Positions 11,643 to 24,476 of a stretch of DNA of 41,734 nt are shown here, in pieces. Source of the DNA: Nemertoderma westbladi (Eukaryota > Animalia > Xenacoelomorpha); the NCBI GenBank assembly GCA_032718475.1, contig JAUCBJ010003696.1:1-41734 (forward strand). The letters run 5' to 3'. The translations under genes were made by a program, and so were the position numbers. The stretch's first letter is position 1. Every line of letters starts with the position of its first letter. The notes below the pieces were generated by a model. That model worked only from the letters and a program-made list of their open reading frames with translations. It did not search any database and was not told where the DNA came from.

Positions 11643-12882
11643 CTATAAGTTTATAAGTAAACAACGTACTGCAATGGGTGTGTTGTGAGTCAATACCAAT
11701 TAATAGCAGAGCGACAGAGATGAGTTATTGAAAATGGAATGTAATTAACAATATAATTCATAATAAACTACCCTTCAATTCAATGAATTACAATCGTATG
11801 CGATTTGCAGGACACTGAAGACTATACAGATACGGAACCACATTATGTCCACCAGTTGATCTTTATAGTATAAATTATTTTTGAAATATTTTGGAAGATC
11901 CGCATTCTTTCTGCTATTACTGCTATATAATTATTTTAAAGGACAATGAATTTAATATTATCCGTTACCATGGAAACGATCACAGAATCGACATTGTTAC
12001 AACTTTATCAACATAACATTGGTGGTAAGGGTTGGTAAGGGTTGCCATTAAAAAATTTTGTTTTGTGTCAATGCAGTAAAATGTAAATGATATTCATGTA
12101 CTCAACTTACAATACTTCGTCCATATTTCTAAGCAGCAATAAATATATTTAATAAAAACAAATTAAAATTAAAGTAAAGTAAATCATTAAATCATGGGGA
12201 ATCCCACCACCCCAGAGGAGAGTTGTTCAATGGGGTAGACGACTCTGAAATTTTTTTTCGATTTTTCGTTGGTTTCATGTGAAAGAGCATGTGAAAAAAC
12301 CCCAGAGAGCAATTTTACATCAGAAAAAAATAATATTGGCCGAGTTATTGAGTGGCAATTTTAAAACGCAAAATTAGCAACATCGAAAAATCAGGCCGTT
12401 TCAGCTGAAACTGCACGAGTGACGTCAGCCATAACACAGCAACAGTTGTCAAGCGCAGTTGATTGGCTAATATCAAGTATAATATTGCAGTATCTAAAAT
12501 AAAACAAATAATAAATGTAGCTAAAAATTTATTTGGATGTGTATTTATGTTGTGTTAAGAATCGATTATAGGATAGCGGTATGGAGGCGATTATTCTAGA
12601 ATAATATTTATTTCGCCCATACCTGTACCGTAGAGCTGTATGTAGCTAAAAACAAATATAGCTAGCTAAATATTGCCAGGCGTTTCATTAATCGATTTTT
12701 TAATCGTTTTTACAGCGAACAATGCGGGATCGGTAGATTAGCACTAGATGGAAATTATTTAGTTTTTTTGTCTAGTTATTTAGCTAGCTGGTAAAAATTC
12801 TAGAATTTTAAGGAGCATTTTTTTTCAATAGTGGCTACAGCGGTACAAGTAAACGTTATTATACAGTTACCATCAAGGTGTA

Positions 12883-13010
12883 ATGGAGGCCGGTTTCGAA
12901 AAAGCGGACAGGAGAAACCTACCGGCTTTAACCTATGCTGCAATATTTCACTATACTTGTAGCAAACCAGAGAAAATAAGCCCGGAGTTCAGGAACGTGA
13001 ATACCTTGAG
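12883..13010 (+). pseudogene. First exon of a probable transposon accessory gene (SWIM/YqaJ-type, as in Kolobok elements)
   Basis: ATG...AG|GTTAGT encodes MEAGFEKADRRNLPALTYAAIFHYTCSKPEKISPEFRNVNTL, recalled as similar to N-termini of insect SWIM-YqaJ proteins; no downstream exons seen. Confidence 0.45.
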
Positions 13011-13077
13011 GTTAGTTAAATTATGGTAAATGGTAAGTTAACCTATATATTATCTTCAAATCTTTTCAAGTAGATTC

Positions 13078-16000
13078 ATTAAGTCATTAAGTAGGTCATA
13101 GTTAAGTCACAAGTAGTACAATACAAAATGAGTCACACGTGGTTCAAAGTGAGTCACAAGTGGCGCAAAGTGAGTCATAAGTAAAAGTGTCTGAGTCTGT
13201 ACTCCCAGATATTCCCATTGGCGATATCTCCTTTGCAGAAGTGAAGGCTGCTGCAAAGAGCATTAAGACCAATCGTGCCAGTGGAGTAGATGGTGTTCCC
13301 CCTGAGGTCTTTAAAATACCTGAGTGTTTAAAGCTCATCTATCCCATCATAGTAGACATGTACCGAACAACAAGAGTCCCACAAGAAATGAAAACAAATA
13401 AGTTGGTGCCAGTTCCCAAGAAGGGCAACCTAACACTCTATGGTTCTTTTCGGGGAATCTCATTGATCTCGATTGCTGCAAAGCTATACAATAGGATTCT
13501 ATTAAATCGCATCAGGGATCCCATTGAGAGACTGCTCCGTGGAAATCAGAATGGGTTCCGTAAAGGTCGTGGGACCATGGAGCCCATTTTGGCACTTAGA
13601 AGGATAATTGAAGAGTTATCAAAAAAGAAAGACAGGCATCTGGCTGTTATCTTTGTTGACTTCTTCAAGGCCTTTGATTCAGTCTCTCGCTAACGTATGT
13701 TCAGCATACTTTCATTATATGGGATTCCTGATGAAATTATTGCAGCAATCAGATCAGTATATGATGGTTCGACAACATTTGTGTCTACTGTTGACGGTGA
13801 CACAGAACCATTTGAAGTGTTATGGGGCGTCCTCCAAGGAGACACACTTGCACCATTCTTATTCATTATTGTGGTTGACTATGTTCTACGCATGTCCTTA
13901 GATCATTATAATGATGATGGGGTGATGATAACTCCACCTACTGGCTCCAGAAGTCGAGGAAATCCTGCCAAGTACCTAACTGATCTAGACTTTGCTGATG
14001 ACTTAGGAGTACTCTCAGAATCATTAGAGGGAGCCCAACGGCTCCTCAGCTCATTAGAACATGCTGCTTCTAGTGTTGGTCTTTTTATTAACTCCAGAAA
14101 GACCAAAATTCTGACAGTTAACTTTGAAAGTCCTCAGCAAGTCTCTGATCGGATGAGCATAAGCTCAAAGGATGGTATGCTTGAGCATGTGGACGACTTC
14201 TGTTACCTGGGATCATGGATCCGGAAGTCAGGTGAGGACCTTCGAATACGTAAGGGAAAGGCATGGGCAGCCTTGAATAGGCTTTCCAGGATTTGGAAGT
14301 CACCGAGAATTAATCGGAAACTTAAGGTCCGATTATTTAGAGCAGCAGTAGTTCCAGTACTCCTCTACGGGAGTCCATGCTGGGCTCTAACTGCTGAGGA
14401 CACCAAATCTCTGGATGGCACATTCACAAGAATGCTACGCCGGGTTCATTGTGTCAAGTACAATGCACACATCTCCAACCAGACACTATATAACATTGGA
14501 GGTGTCTCATTGGTTCCCCCAAGCTTGACACTAGAACAAAATCGCCTCCGCTTTGCAGGACATTGCTTTCGCCGTGAGGACCAGCCAGTGCATAATCTTG
14601 TACTTTGGCAGCCTCATGGAGTGAATAAGCATGGTGGACAGCCCATGACTTTCTTGAGACGCATCTTAAAGGACACTGGCCTTAAAGATGCGGATGATCT
14701 AGCAAGTGTCATGGGTGATAGGGAGTTGTGGCGGTGCAATTTTGTTGACAAGCCGGCACAGCATTCTTAAAAATGCAGCTGCAATGCAGCATGCCGATCC
14801 TAGTAGTAGAGTCATAAGTAGTACAAAATGAGTCACAAGTAGTACACAGTTGGTCATAAGAAGTTCATAGTTAAGTCACAAATAGTTCAAAGTGAGTCAC
14901 ACGTGGTTCTAAGTGAGTCACAAGTAGCGCTAAGTGAGTCAAAAGTAGTACAAAGTGAGTCACAAGTAGTACAAAGTGAGTCACAAGTAGTACAAAGTGA
15001 GTCACAAGTAGTACACAGTAGGTCATAAGAAGTTCATAGTTAAGTCACAAGTAGTTCAAAGTGAGTCACAAGTAGCGCAAAGTGAGTCATAAGTAGTACA
15101 AAGTGAGTCACAAGTAGTACAAAGTGAGTCACAAGTAGTACACAGTAGGTCATAAGAAGTTCATAGTTAAGCCACAAGTAGTTCAAAGTGAGTCACACGA
15201 GGTTCTAAGTGAGTCACACGTGGTTCTAAGTGAGTCACAAGTAGCGCAACGTGAGTCATAAGTAGTACAAAGTGAGTCACACGTGGTTCTAAGTGAGTCA
15301 CAAGTAGCGCAACGTGAGTCATAAGTAGTACAAAGTGAGTCACAAGTAGTACAAAGTGAGTCACAAGTAGTACAATATAAGTCATAAGTAGTACAAAGTA
15401 AGTCATAAGTAGTACACAGTAGGTCATAAGAAGTTCATAGTTAAGTCACAAGTAGTTCAAAGTGATTCACAAGTAGCGCAAAGTGAGTCATAAGTAGTAC
15501 AAAGTGAGTCACAAGTAGTACAAAGTGAGTCACAAGTAGTACACAGTAGGTCATAAGAAGTTCATAGTTAAGTCACAAGTAGTTCAAAGTGAGTCACAAG
15601 TAGCGCAAAGTGAGTCATAAGTAGTACAAAGTGAGTCACAAGTAGTACACAGTAGGTCATAAGAAGTTCATAGTTAAGTCACAAGTAGTTCAAAGTGAGT
15701 CACAAGTAGCGCAAAGTGAGTCATAAGTAGTACAAAGTGAGTCACAAGTAGTACAAAGTGAGTCACAAGTAGTACACAGTAGGTCATAAGAAGTTCATAG
15801 TTAAGTCACAAGTAGTTCAAAGTGAGTCACAAGTAGCGCAAAGTGAGTCATAAGTAGTACAAAGTGAGTCACAAGTAGTACAAAGTGAGTCACAAGTAGT
15901 ACACAGTAGGTCATAAGAAGTTCATAGTTAAGCCACAAGTAGTTCAAAGTGAGTCACACGAGGTTCTAAGTGAGTCACACGTGGTTCTAAGTGAGTCACA

Positions 16001-17410
16001 AGTAGCGCAACGTGAGTCATAAGTAGTACAAAGTGAGTCACAAGTAGTACAAAGTGAGTCACAAGTAGTACAATATAAGTCATAAGTAGTACAAAGTAAG
16101 TCATAAGTAGTACACAGTAGGTCATAAGAAGTTCATAGTTAAGTCACAAGTAGTTCAAAGTGAGTCACAAGTAGCGCAAAGTGAGTCATAAGTAGTACAA
16201 AGTGAGTCACAAGTAGTACAAAGTGAGTCACAAGTAGTACAAAGTGAGTCACAAGTAGCGCAAAGTGAGTCATAAGTAGTACAAAGTGAGTCACAAGTAG
16301 TACAAAGTGAGTCACAAGTAGTACACAGTAGGTCATAAGAAGTTCATAGTTAAGTCACAAGTAGTTCAAAGTGAGTCACAAGTAGCGCAAAGTGAGTCAT
16401 AAGTAGTACAAAGTGAGTCACAAGTAGTACAAAGTGAGTCACAAGTAGTACACAGTAGGTCATAAGAAGTTCATAGTTAAGCCACAAGTAGTTCAAAGTG
16501 AGTCACACGAGGTTCTAAGTGAGTCACACGTGGTTCTAAGTGAGTCACAAGTAGCGCAACGTGAGTCATAAGTAGTACAAAGTGAGTCACAAGTAGTACA
16601 AAGTGAGTCACAAGTAGTACAATATAAGTCATAAGTAGTACAAAGTAAGTCATAAGTAGTACACAGTAGGTCATAAGAAGTTCATAGTTAAGTCACAAGT
16701 AGTTCAAAGTGAGTCATAAGTAGTTCATAGTTAAGTCACAAGTAGTACAAAGTGAGTCACACGTAGTTCTAAGTGAGTCACAAGTAGCGCAATATGAGTC
16801 ATAAGTAGTTCATAGTTAAGTCACAAGTAGTACAAAGTGAGTCACACGTGGTTCTAAGTGAGTCACAAGTAGTACAAAGTAAGTCACAAGTAGTTCATAG
16901 TTAAGTCATAAGTAGTTCATAGTTAAGTGACAAGTAGTTCAAAGTGAGTCACACGTGGTTCTAAGTTAGTCACAAGCAGCGCAAAGTGAGTCATAAGTAG
17001 TACAAAGTGAGTCACAAGTAGTACAAAGTGAGTCACAAGTAGTACACAGTAGGTCATAAGTAGTTCATAGCTAAGTCACAAGTAATACAATACAAAATGA
17101 GTCACACGTGGTTCAAAGTGAGTCACAAGTAGCGCAAAGTGAGTCATAAGTAGTACAAAGTAAGTAATAAGTAGTTCATAGTTAAGTCTCAAGTAGTACA
17201 ATACAAAGTGAGTCAAACGTGTTCAAAGTGAGTCACAAGTAGCCCAAAGTGAGTCATAAGTAGTACAAAGTGAGTCACAAGTAGTACAAAGTAAGTCATA
17301 CGTAGTTCATAGTTAAGTCACAAGTAGTTCAAAGTAGGTCACACGTGTTTCTAAGTGAGTCACAAGTAGTTCAAAGTGAATCACAAGTAGATAAAGAAAG
17401 TCACACGAGT
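13078..17410. repeat. 21-bp minisatellite (~125 units), interrupted by a LINE at 13184-14808
   Basis: Consensus aagtgagtcacaagtagtaca with recurring variants; short left arm 13078-13183 and main array 14809-17410. Confidence 0.95.
13184..14808 (+). mobile_element. 5'-truncated RTE-clade LINE with one premature stop, (TAG)3 tail and TSD
   Basis: RT motifs ASGVDGVP, FRGISL, QNGFRKGR, FVDFFKAFDSV, GVLQGDTLAP, DFADD; in-frame TAA at 13691-13693; gagtcataagta at 13172-13183 and 14809-14820. Confidence 0.92.
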
Positions 17411-17429
17411 ATACGGGGTGTTGATTTGA

Positions 17430-19531
17430 CTTTAACAATAACAGAGTAACAATAAACACTCATCCCTTTAACACTAACAGAGTAACAATAAACACTCACC
17501 ACTTTAAGTAACACTAACAGAGTAACAATAAACACTCACCCCTTTAACACTAACAGAGTAACAATAAACATTCACCCCTTCAACACTAACAGAGTAACAA
17601 TAAACACTCACCCCTTTAACACTAACAGAGTAACAATAAACACTCACCCCTTTAAGTAACACTAACAGAGTAACAATAAACACTCACCCCTTTAACACTA
17701 ACATAGTAACAATAAACACTCACCCCTTTAACATTAACAGAGTAACAATAAACACTCACCCCTTTAACACTAACAGAGTAACAATAAACACTCACCCCTT
17801 TAACACTTAACAGAGTAACAATAAACACTCACCCCTTTAACACTAACAGAGTAACAATAAACACTCACCCCTTTAAGTAACACTAACAGAGTAACAATAA
17901 ACACTCACCCCTTTAACACTTAACAGAGTAACAATAAACACTCACCCCTTTAACACTAACAGAGTAACAATAAACACTCACCCCTTTAACACTAACAGAG
18001 TAACAATAAACACTCACCCCTTTAACACTTAACAGAGTAACAATAAACACTCACCCCTTTAACACTAACAGAGTAACAATAAACACTCACCCCTTTAACA
18101 CTTAACAGAGTAACAATAAACACTCACCCCTTTAACACTAACAGAGTAATAATAAACACTCACCCCTTTAACACTAACAGAGTAACAATAAACACTCACC
18201 CCTTTAAGTAACACTAACAGAGTAACAATAAACACTCACCCCTTTAACACTAACAGAGTAACAATAAACACTCACCCCTTTAACACTAACAGAGTAACAA
18301 TAAACACTCACCCCTTTAAGTAACACTAACAGAGTAACAACAAACACTCACCCCTTTAACACTAACAGAGTAACAATAAACACTCACCCCTTTAACACTA
18401 ACAGAGTAACAATAAACACTCACCCCTTTAACACTAACAGAGTAATAATAAACACTCACCCCTTTAACACTAACAGAGTAACAATAAATACTCACCCCTT
18501 TAAGTCACACTAACAGAGTAACAATAAACACTCACCCCTTTAAGTCACACAAACAGAGTAACAATAAACACTCACCCCTTTAACACTAACAGAGTAACAA
18601 TAAACACTCACCCCTTTAACACTTAACAGAGTAACAATAAACACTCACCCCTTTAACACTAACAGAGTAACAATAAACACTCACCCCTTTAAGTAACACT
18701 AACAGAGTAACAATAAACACTCACCCCTTTAACACTAACAGAGTAACAATAAACACTCACCCCTTTAAGTAACACTAACAGAGTAACAATAAATACTCAC
18801 CCCTTTAAGTAACACTAACAGAGTAACAATAAACACTCACCTCTTTAAGTAACACTAACAGAGTAACAATAAACACTCACCCCTTTAAGTAACACTAACA
18901 GAGTAACAATAAACACTCACCCCTTTAAGTAACACTAACAGAGTAACAATAAACACTCACCCCTTTAACACTAACAGAGTAACAATAAACACTCACCCCT
19001 TTAACACTAACAGAGTAACAATAAACACTCACCCCTTTAACACTAACAGAGTAACAATAAACACTCACCCCTTTAACACTAACAGAGTAACAATAAACAC
19101 TCACCCCTTTAACACTAACAGAGTAACAATAAACACTCACCCCTTTAACACTAACAGAGTAACAATAAACACTCACCCCTTTAACACTAACAGAGTAACA
19201 ATAAACACTTACCCCTTTAACACTAACAGAGTAACAATAAACACTCACCCCTTTAACACTAACAGAGTAACAATAAACACTCACCCCTTTAAGTAACACT
19301 AACAGAGTAACAATAAACACTCACCCCTTTAACACTAACAGAGTAACAATAAACACTCACCCCTTTAACACTTACCCCTTTAACACTAACAGAGTAACAA
19401 TAAACACTTACCCCTTTAACACTAACAGAGTAACAATAAACACTCACCCCTTTAAGTAACACTAACAGAGTAACAATAAACACTCACCCCTTTAACACTA
19501 ACAGAGTAACAATAAACACTCACCCCTTTAA
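17430..19531 (-). repeat. 36-bp minisatellite (~57 units; 37- and 40-bp variants) made of the exon end plus 5' splice site
   Basis: Minus-strand unit TTAAAGGG|GTGAGTGTTTATTGTTACTCTGTTAGTG; first unit is continuous with the exon ending at 19524. Confidence 0.95.
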
Positions 19532-19680
19532 GATGCCCTAGTTTATGATCTAGATGATCCACTCCCGCTTTGACATCAACTAGGATCGATGATTTGTCTG
19601 TAAATTCGTCTTCTAAATCGTCTCGCCTCAACTCTTCTTTCTCAAGGTGCTCTTGAAATTCTTCCAGCATTTGCTGCCCT
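19524..19680 (-). CDS. CCDC151: CCDC151/ODAD3 internal exon (most upstream found)
   Basis: attttAG...GGG|GTGAGT; 157 nt: GQQMLEEFQEHLEKEELRRDDLEDEFTDKSSILVDVKAGVDHLDHKLGHLKG, coiled coil matching the CCDC151 ...EHLASKL region. Confidence 0.85.
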
Positions 19681-19737
19681 CTAAAATATTAAATATGAAA
19701 TGAAAGATGATTAAGTAGCAATGAATGATATTTTATA

Positions 19738-19740
<3 letters not shown>

Positions 19741-19768
<28 letters not shown>
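19741..19768 (+). repeat. Poly-G tract (one of seven poly-G/C tracts in the window)
   Basis: Others at ~1470, ~1622, ~3075, ~9354, ~22391 and poly-C at ~31117. Confidence 0.95.
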
Positions 19769-20610
19769 TATAGTACGATGAACGGTACTTTCCGTAGTAA
19801 ACATTCAATTTCTTCTGTTTAGTGACGGCGTATTACCTACAGCTTCTTTGCAAAACTGTGCCCAACAAAATTATCATAATATTTCCAAGGTGGATCAGTG
19901 GAGAAATAATTATTGGATGGCGCAGGTAATAATGGGCGGAGATAATGTACTAGTTAAGATTTAAGAAACCATTAATTAGTAATTTTCTATTCGTCGAGTC
20001 TTCTCAGTCATGTATAATGTGGTTGTCTGGCGTATCCGTCCAAATACTAAACATATCACGCTAATTAGCTATTAACCCAATAACCTCGCTACGCTCGGTA
20101 AATAAAATATCTCGAGGATAAATTGTGAAAATAACATTCTACATTATTTACCATGCAATACATTATTATTATTATGTAATATAGTTAATATAGTCAACAA
20201 GCTAAAGACTCTCAAATCGTTAAATTCATCGTTATTCAACAACGTACGAAATTTAAATTCTATTTAAATAATTTGTGATTTAATTTTAATCTTGAATGCC
20301 CCTCTCTGTTTCCGACGGTATAAGGTGTTCGTGTCTAACTGACTGTCAACCTTTACAATTTAATTACTTAAATGTCTATAGGTTTATAAGTTTACCAAAA
20401 GATATATAATATCTTGGGTGATGGCAAAATTTACCTTTAACGAAATAAAAAATATGCTGGATATTTACTGCTCGATTGTTAAAATACAAAAACTGTTGTT
20501 ACCTTACAGCTACACGGATTGATTGGATTATGACTGATTAGACTGGAATAATTAGACACGTTTCACAAGATACGATTTGTAGATTGTATCAGAGATACAG
20601 AACTAGAGAA

Positions 20611-22296
20611 CTAGAAGAGAGATGTAGAACTTGAATATCTGAAATACCGCAGCATTCTACTTCGTTTCCACACCGATTTGGCTAATCTTTTTGATACGTC
20701 CAATATCAAGAAATCAAAACTAAGCAAATCAAAGGACTCTAGATTATCGAAAGAACCAGAATCCGCAATCTCAGAGATGGTTCCCAACAAGTGTTCGGTA
20801 TCCTCTTGAACTAGTTTATATAGAACAATCGTAAGTTTAATTATACTAGGCAGAGATCGCAGCACGTTCATCAGACTTCCGCATTTCTTTGTAGTTAAGT
20901 GGAGAGTTTGGATCTTTATATTTATAGCGTGGTCTATAGAGTCTGCTAACAGCGTCAACTTGATTACGTTTGGAAATATGTTTCCTAAATCAGCCAACGA
21001 CAATGGATCATTGTCGGCCTTCTTAACATGGAAGGTCAAGTCTGTGACTTGAGGTAAACTAATTCCTCTACGAACAGTTTGCCAAAGAGAAACTGGAACA
21101 TTATCAACCCAATTCCAGATTAACACCAACCGAGTCAAGTTGGGTAACTCTTTGAGTTGATCAAATAATTGGACAACGTCCTGGTCATTAGTGACTTTCA
21201 ACACGAGCGTCTTGATTGTTTCTCTGCAATAAGGAATAAGGAAGTCCCTAACCTTCTGAGTAACTTCTGAATTAATGTTGAAAAATCGGAAGCGGAAGTC
21301 ATTGGAAATTTGACGGTCGATAAAATACTGGAGTACCTCAAATGAATTTTCTGTATTAATCTCGAGATGTGGGAGCGTTATCTGTAACTCGACTAGATGA
21401 GCCACTGAAATGTTGTCACAAAACTTTAAATAGAGCTTCTGTAATTCCTTCAGACGAGTTACACGTCTTAGTTTGGTGATGGTGATCTCGGATGTTGACA
21501 CATCCAAAACTTTTAATTTCTTGCACCTTTTTATAATAGCAGCGAGAATTGTATCATTTATGTCGATTATCATTATAGATGTGAGCCGTGAAAACCGAAC
21601 TCCTCTTCCAAAAACGTTTTTTATTCTTCTTCTATATCCATCCCTATCATCTTCATAGACCAATGAAATCTCTAAAAATGTCAAGACACCTGACATTCTT
21701 GGGATCCACTTTAATAGTGTAAAATAAATATCTAGAGAAAATTCCCTCACAAACTCGTTGTCTAGGATAAGTTCGAATGTTCTAAAATCCCATTTCCAGC
21801 TCAGATAAATATCACTATAGGTGTCCATGACACCGGCCAACTTCGGTTCCTCTAGACCCCTTAGATGATCGGGTGACATGGGAGATAAAAAAACTGTGAA
21901 CTTTAATAGCAACTCTTCAAACGCCATAACGTAGGCGTGCAGAATATATCGACGTATGCCAAGTTCAAGGGCCGGCGGCGTCATCACACTTGCTATGGTA
22001 CCCATCCAGGCGTTGAGGTCGGCCAAATCGCGGTCGGCTTCGTAACCAACCGAGGTGTTCGACCTTAATGTGGGGAGTCGCGGCAGACAGTCAGACATAC
22101 TCAGACAGTTGCGTGTGCGCACCGCCACAGATGGTTGCGTTACGGGTGAGCTGCGCTGGAAATGCCTTTCCCATCTTCGAACTTCTGTGTTGACCATCCC
22201 TTTAACAAACGCTCTGACTATAGTGGCGATGGAAACTTCTGTCAATGTTAACATTCGGCAGTCCTTGTTTAGAATAACCCGTGGTATTTTTTCCAT
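20611..22296 (-). CDS. Intronless 561-aa leucine-rich-repeat protein (RNI/FBXL-like LRRs, possible N-terminal BC-box)
   Basis: Long uninterrupted ATG ORF; repeats CKKLKVLDVS, LQKLYLKFCDNIS, LPNLTRLVL, FPNVIKLTL, LPSIIKLTI; N-terminal TLTEVSIATI. Confidence 0.75.
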   Translation of the reverse strand: MEKIPRVILNKDCRMLTLTEVSIATIVRAFVKGMVNTEVRRWERHFQRSSPVTQPSVAVRTRNCLSMSDCLPRLPTLRSNTSVGYEADRDLADLNAWMGTIASVMTPPALELGIRRYILHAYVMAFEELLLKFTVFLSPMSPDHLRGLEEPKLAGVMDTYSDIYLSWKWDFRTFELILDNEFVREFSLDIYFTLLKWIPRMSGVLTFLEISLVYEDDRDGYRRRIKNVFGRGVRFSRLTSIMIIDINDTILAAIIKRCKKLKVLDVSTSEITITKLRRVTRLKELQKLYLKFCDNISVAHLVELQITLPHLEINTENSFEVLQYFIDRQISNDFRFRFFNINSEVTQKVRDFLIPYCRETIKTLVLKVTNDQDVVQLFDQLKELPNLTRLVLIWNWVDNVPVSLWQTVRRGISLPQVTDLTFHVKKADNDPLSLADLGNIFPNVIKLTLLADSIDHAINIKIQTLHLTTKKCGSLMNVLRSLPSIIKLTIVLYKLVQEDTEHLLGTISEIADSGSFDNLESFDLLSFDFLILDVSKRLAKSVWKRSRMLRYFRYSSSTSLF

Positions 22297-22929
22297 CTTG
22301 CTACTTTATTTATAAATCATCTTATAATGCGAAATTGCGTAGTATTATACTAGTTAGTTATGGTGATTTTTTAAAACATACAAGAGATATGGGGGGGGGG
22401 GGGGGGGATGACTGGAAACTGGACTCAAGGTACTAATGCAGTATGCGTACCGTACACCCTCCACCACTTTTTCTTAGTGGCTAGTTTTTGCAAATTTTTA
22501 AGGAATACGTTCTATAACAAAAATCCTAAATTTAAAAAAAATTCATGTTCTAGAACAAATATTATTTATTCTAGAATATTTAATGAAAAATGCTATCCCA
22601 GCCAAATCTTTTACACAAGCTAGTGTTTGCTACATATTTATGATAATGTTCTAACACATGAAAAGTATTTTCTAATAAAAATATTCGTGTTCTATAACAA
22701 ATATTTATGGTCTTGAAAAGTTTTCAAAGTACGCCGGGATTATTTTTAAATCCGATTTCTAAGGCCTGAACATCTACCGAAGCCATATATAATATAAAAT
22801 ATCACTCACAACATAACATTCGTAATAATAAATGAATAATAAATAAATAATTTTTAATATTATTTATGTTTTTCTTATCGAGTCTCAGACCCTTGCTCCG
22901 GCACTTATTATTTATATTTTTGGTATCGA

Positions 22930-23095
22930 GACATACACGCCCTTTCGAAGACATCAGTGTGGACGTCTTTGCCCTAGGTAAGAAGCACTTACTCGCTTTG
23001 GTGGACCGGTACTCCAGGTTCCTGCCACCTGACGCCACAGCAACGATTGTGGCGCTAAAAAACTGGTTCGTCTAATATGGTCTACCTATGCGGAG
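22930..23095 (+). pseudogene. Ty3/Gypsy integrase fragment
   Basis: RPFEDISVDVFALGKKHLLALVDRYSRF...TIVALKNWFV*YGLP, rve core start with internal deletion. Confidence 0.75.
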
Positions 23096-24476
23096 TGGTA
23101 ATGCGGTTGTGACTGGCGAGACCTGCTACCCGGCGAGACCCCTTGGTTACGGAGACCGAGGGGGTCCCAGACACGGAAATCGTTCTCGGACACCGGGCCC
23201 TGAATCCGTACCAGACTCAACCGGAATCCGAAATCGCTATCCGGACAGAAACCGGAAAATTCCCAAAGATATGGCTCTACACCAGGCACATCCGCAATAC
23301 CAATGGTAAACTCCCCTGGTTCAAAGGCACCATCTAACGCCAGTGATACTTATAAAACTTTTCACACGTTTATTGTGAACAAGTGTCGACTTAAAACGGG
23401 CACTTATCCCCTACGGTCATATGTGGAACAGCTAATATAATGGTCTCTCTAGGAAAGAAATAGAATGCAAAGGCATCAAATCCACTGCGGTGTTGTCTAA
23501 AATTCTATATTCAAGAAGAATAAATACAGTAAAGACACTAGGTAGTGTTAAAAAATGTATATATATTAGATTTTATAAGTAAGAGTAAGTCTATTTGGTT
23601 GCATTTTAAGAATTGTTAGTTTTCAAAGCCTTATATTTTCTGGTTCACAGGTTATCACTGTTTGAAAAAAATATTTTCTGGAAGTAAAATTTATCACTCC
23701 TCTACAACATGATCATTGAAAATTAATGTTAACATCTACTTTGGGATGTGTAGAGCGAAAAATAGTGGTATTCCATATATGGCACAGTATGCACTCATGG
23801 TAACAGTAAGTTTTAAACCTAAGTGCATACAGGTCCATGACGTGGAACACCATAGTGGTTTAGCCAATCAGAGCCTCTATCTGTTGAACCCACCATAGTA
23901 CTTATTAGCCTGCTACAATCTTTCTCCCCTGTCACTTAACTACTTCATTATATTAGCTCCTGTCAAAATTAATAACTACTGAATCATTTATTTAAAAAAT
24001 TGTTATTCTAGAATTATAACATTTTTGTTATTTAGTAATATTGCTGGTTACTGTAGAAAACCTAAGATGTACTTGTTTTATATAGACTGTCTTTCTTTCT
24101 AGGTGTTGCCCAGCAAATATTATATACAATACATGAACTACATTGTATATGGATTATATATTTTCATTATGTTGTAGAAATAATAATTACAAAATGTTAA
24201 TTTAATTTTTTTTTGATTGTATGCCTATTCAATTCTATTTTCGTGTGAGGATAACGGTGTTATTCAACATCTAAACATTCCCCATTAAAAATGATTCTGA
24301 CTTGTAATTCGGATGAATCTATTTCTACGACCGAATTTTTGAGGTTCCAGTAGTAATTCCGTTGAGGAGATTTTATGGCTCTCGACTTCAAGAAACACCC
24401 CAAGGGCTCACATAATCAGAAACAATACCGAATTACACATCAGAGACATCTGGGGAGTAGGAAGGGATATTCAAAA

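Noticed and set aside
15167-16674. Hydrophobic LLVTHFV ORFs
   Set aside because: Translations of the 21-bp satellite, broken by frequent stops.
14809-17410. Plus-strand GTGAGT/GTAAGT in the 21-mer as another donor array
   Set aside because: Antisense to CCDC151 and no exon is continuous with the first unit.
17430-19531. 36-bp repeat as a CRISPR array
   Set aside because: Units are head-to-tail with no unique spacers, no cas genes, and the context is a spliceosomal intron.
23452-24160. Exon-like plus-strand segments with AG/GT borders
   Set aside because: No consistent open frame or recognisable product.
24434-24450. Possible tiny minus-strand terminal exon after ctactccccAG
   Set aside because: All frames stop within a few codons and no partner exon could be identified.
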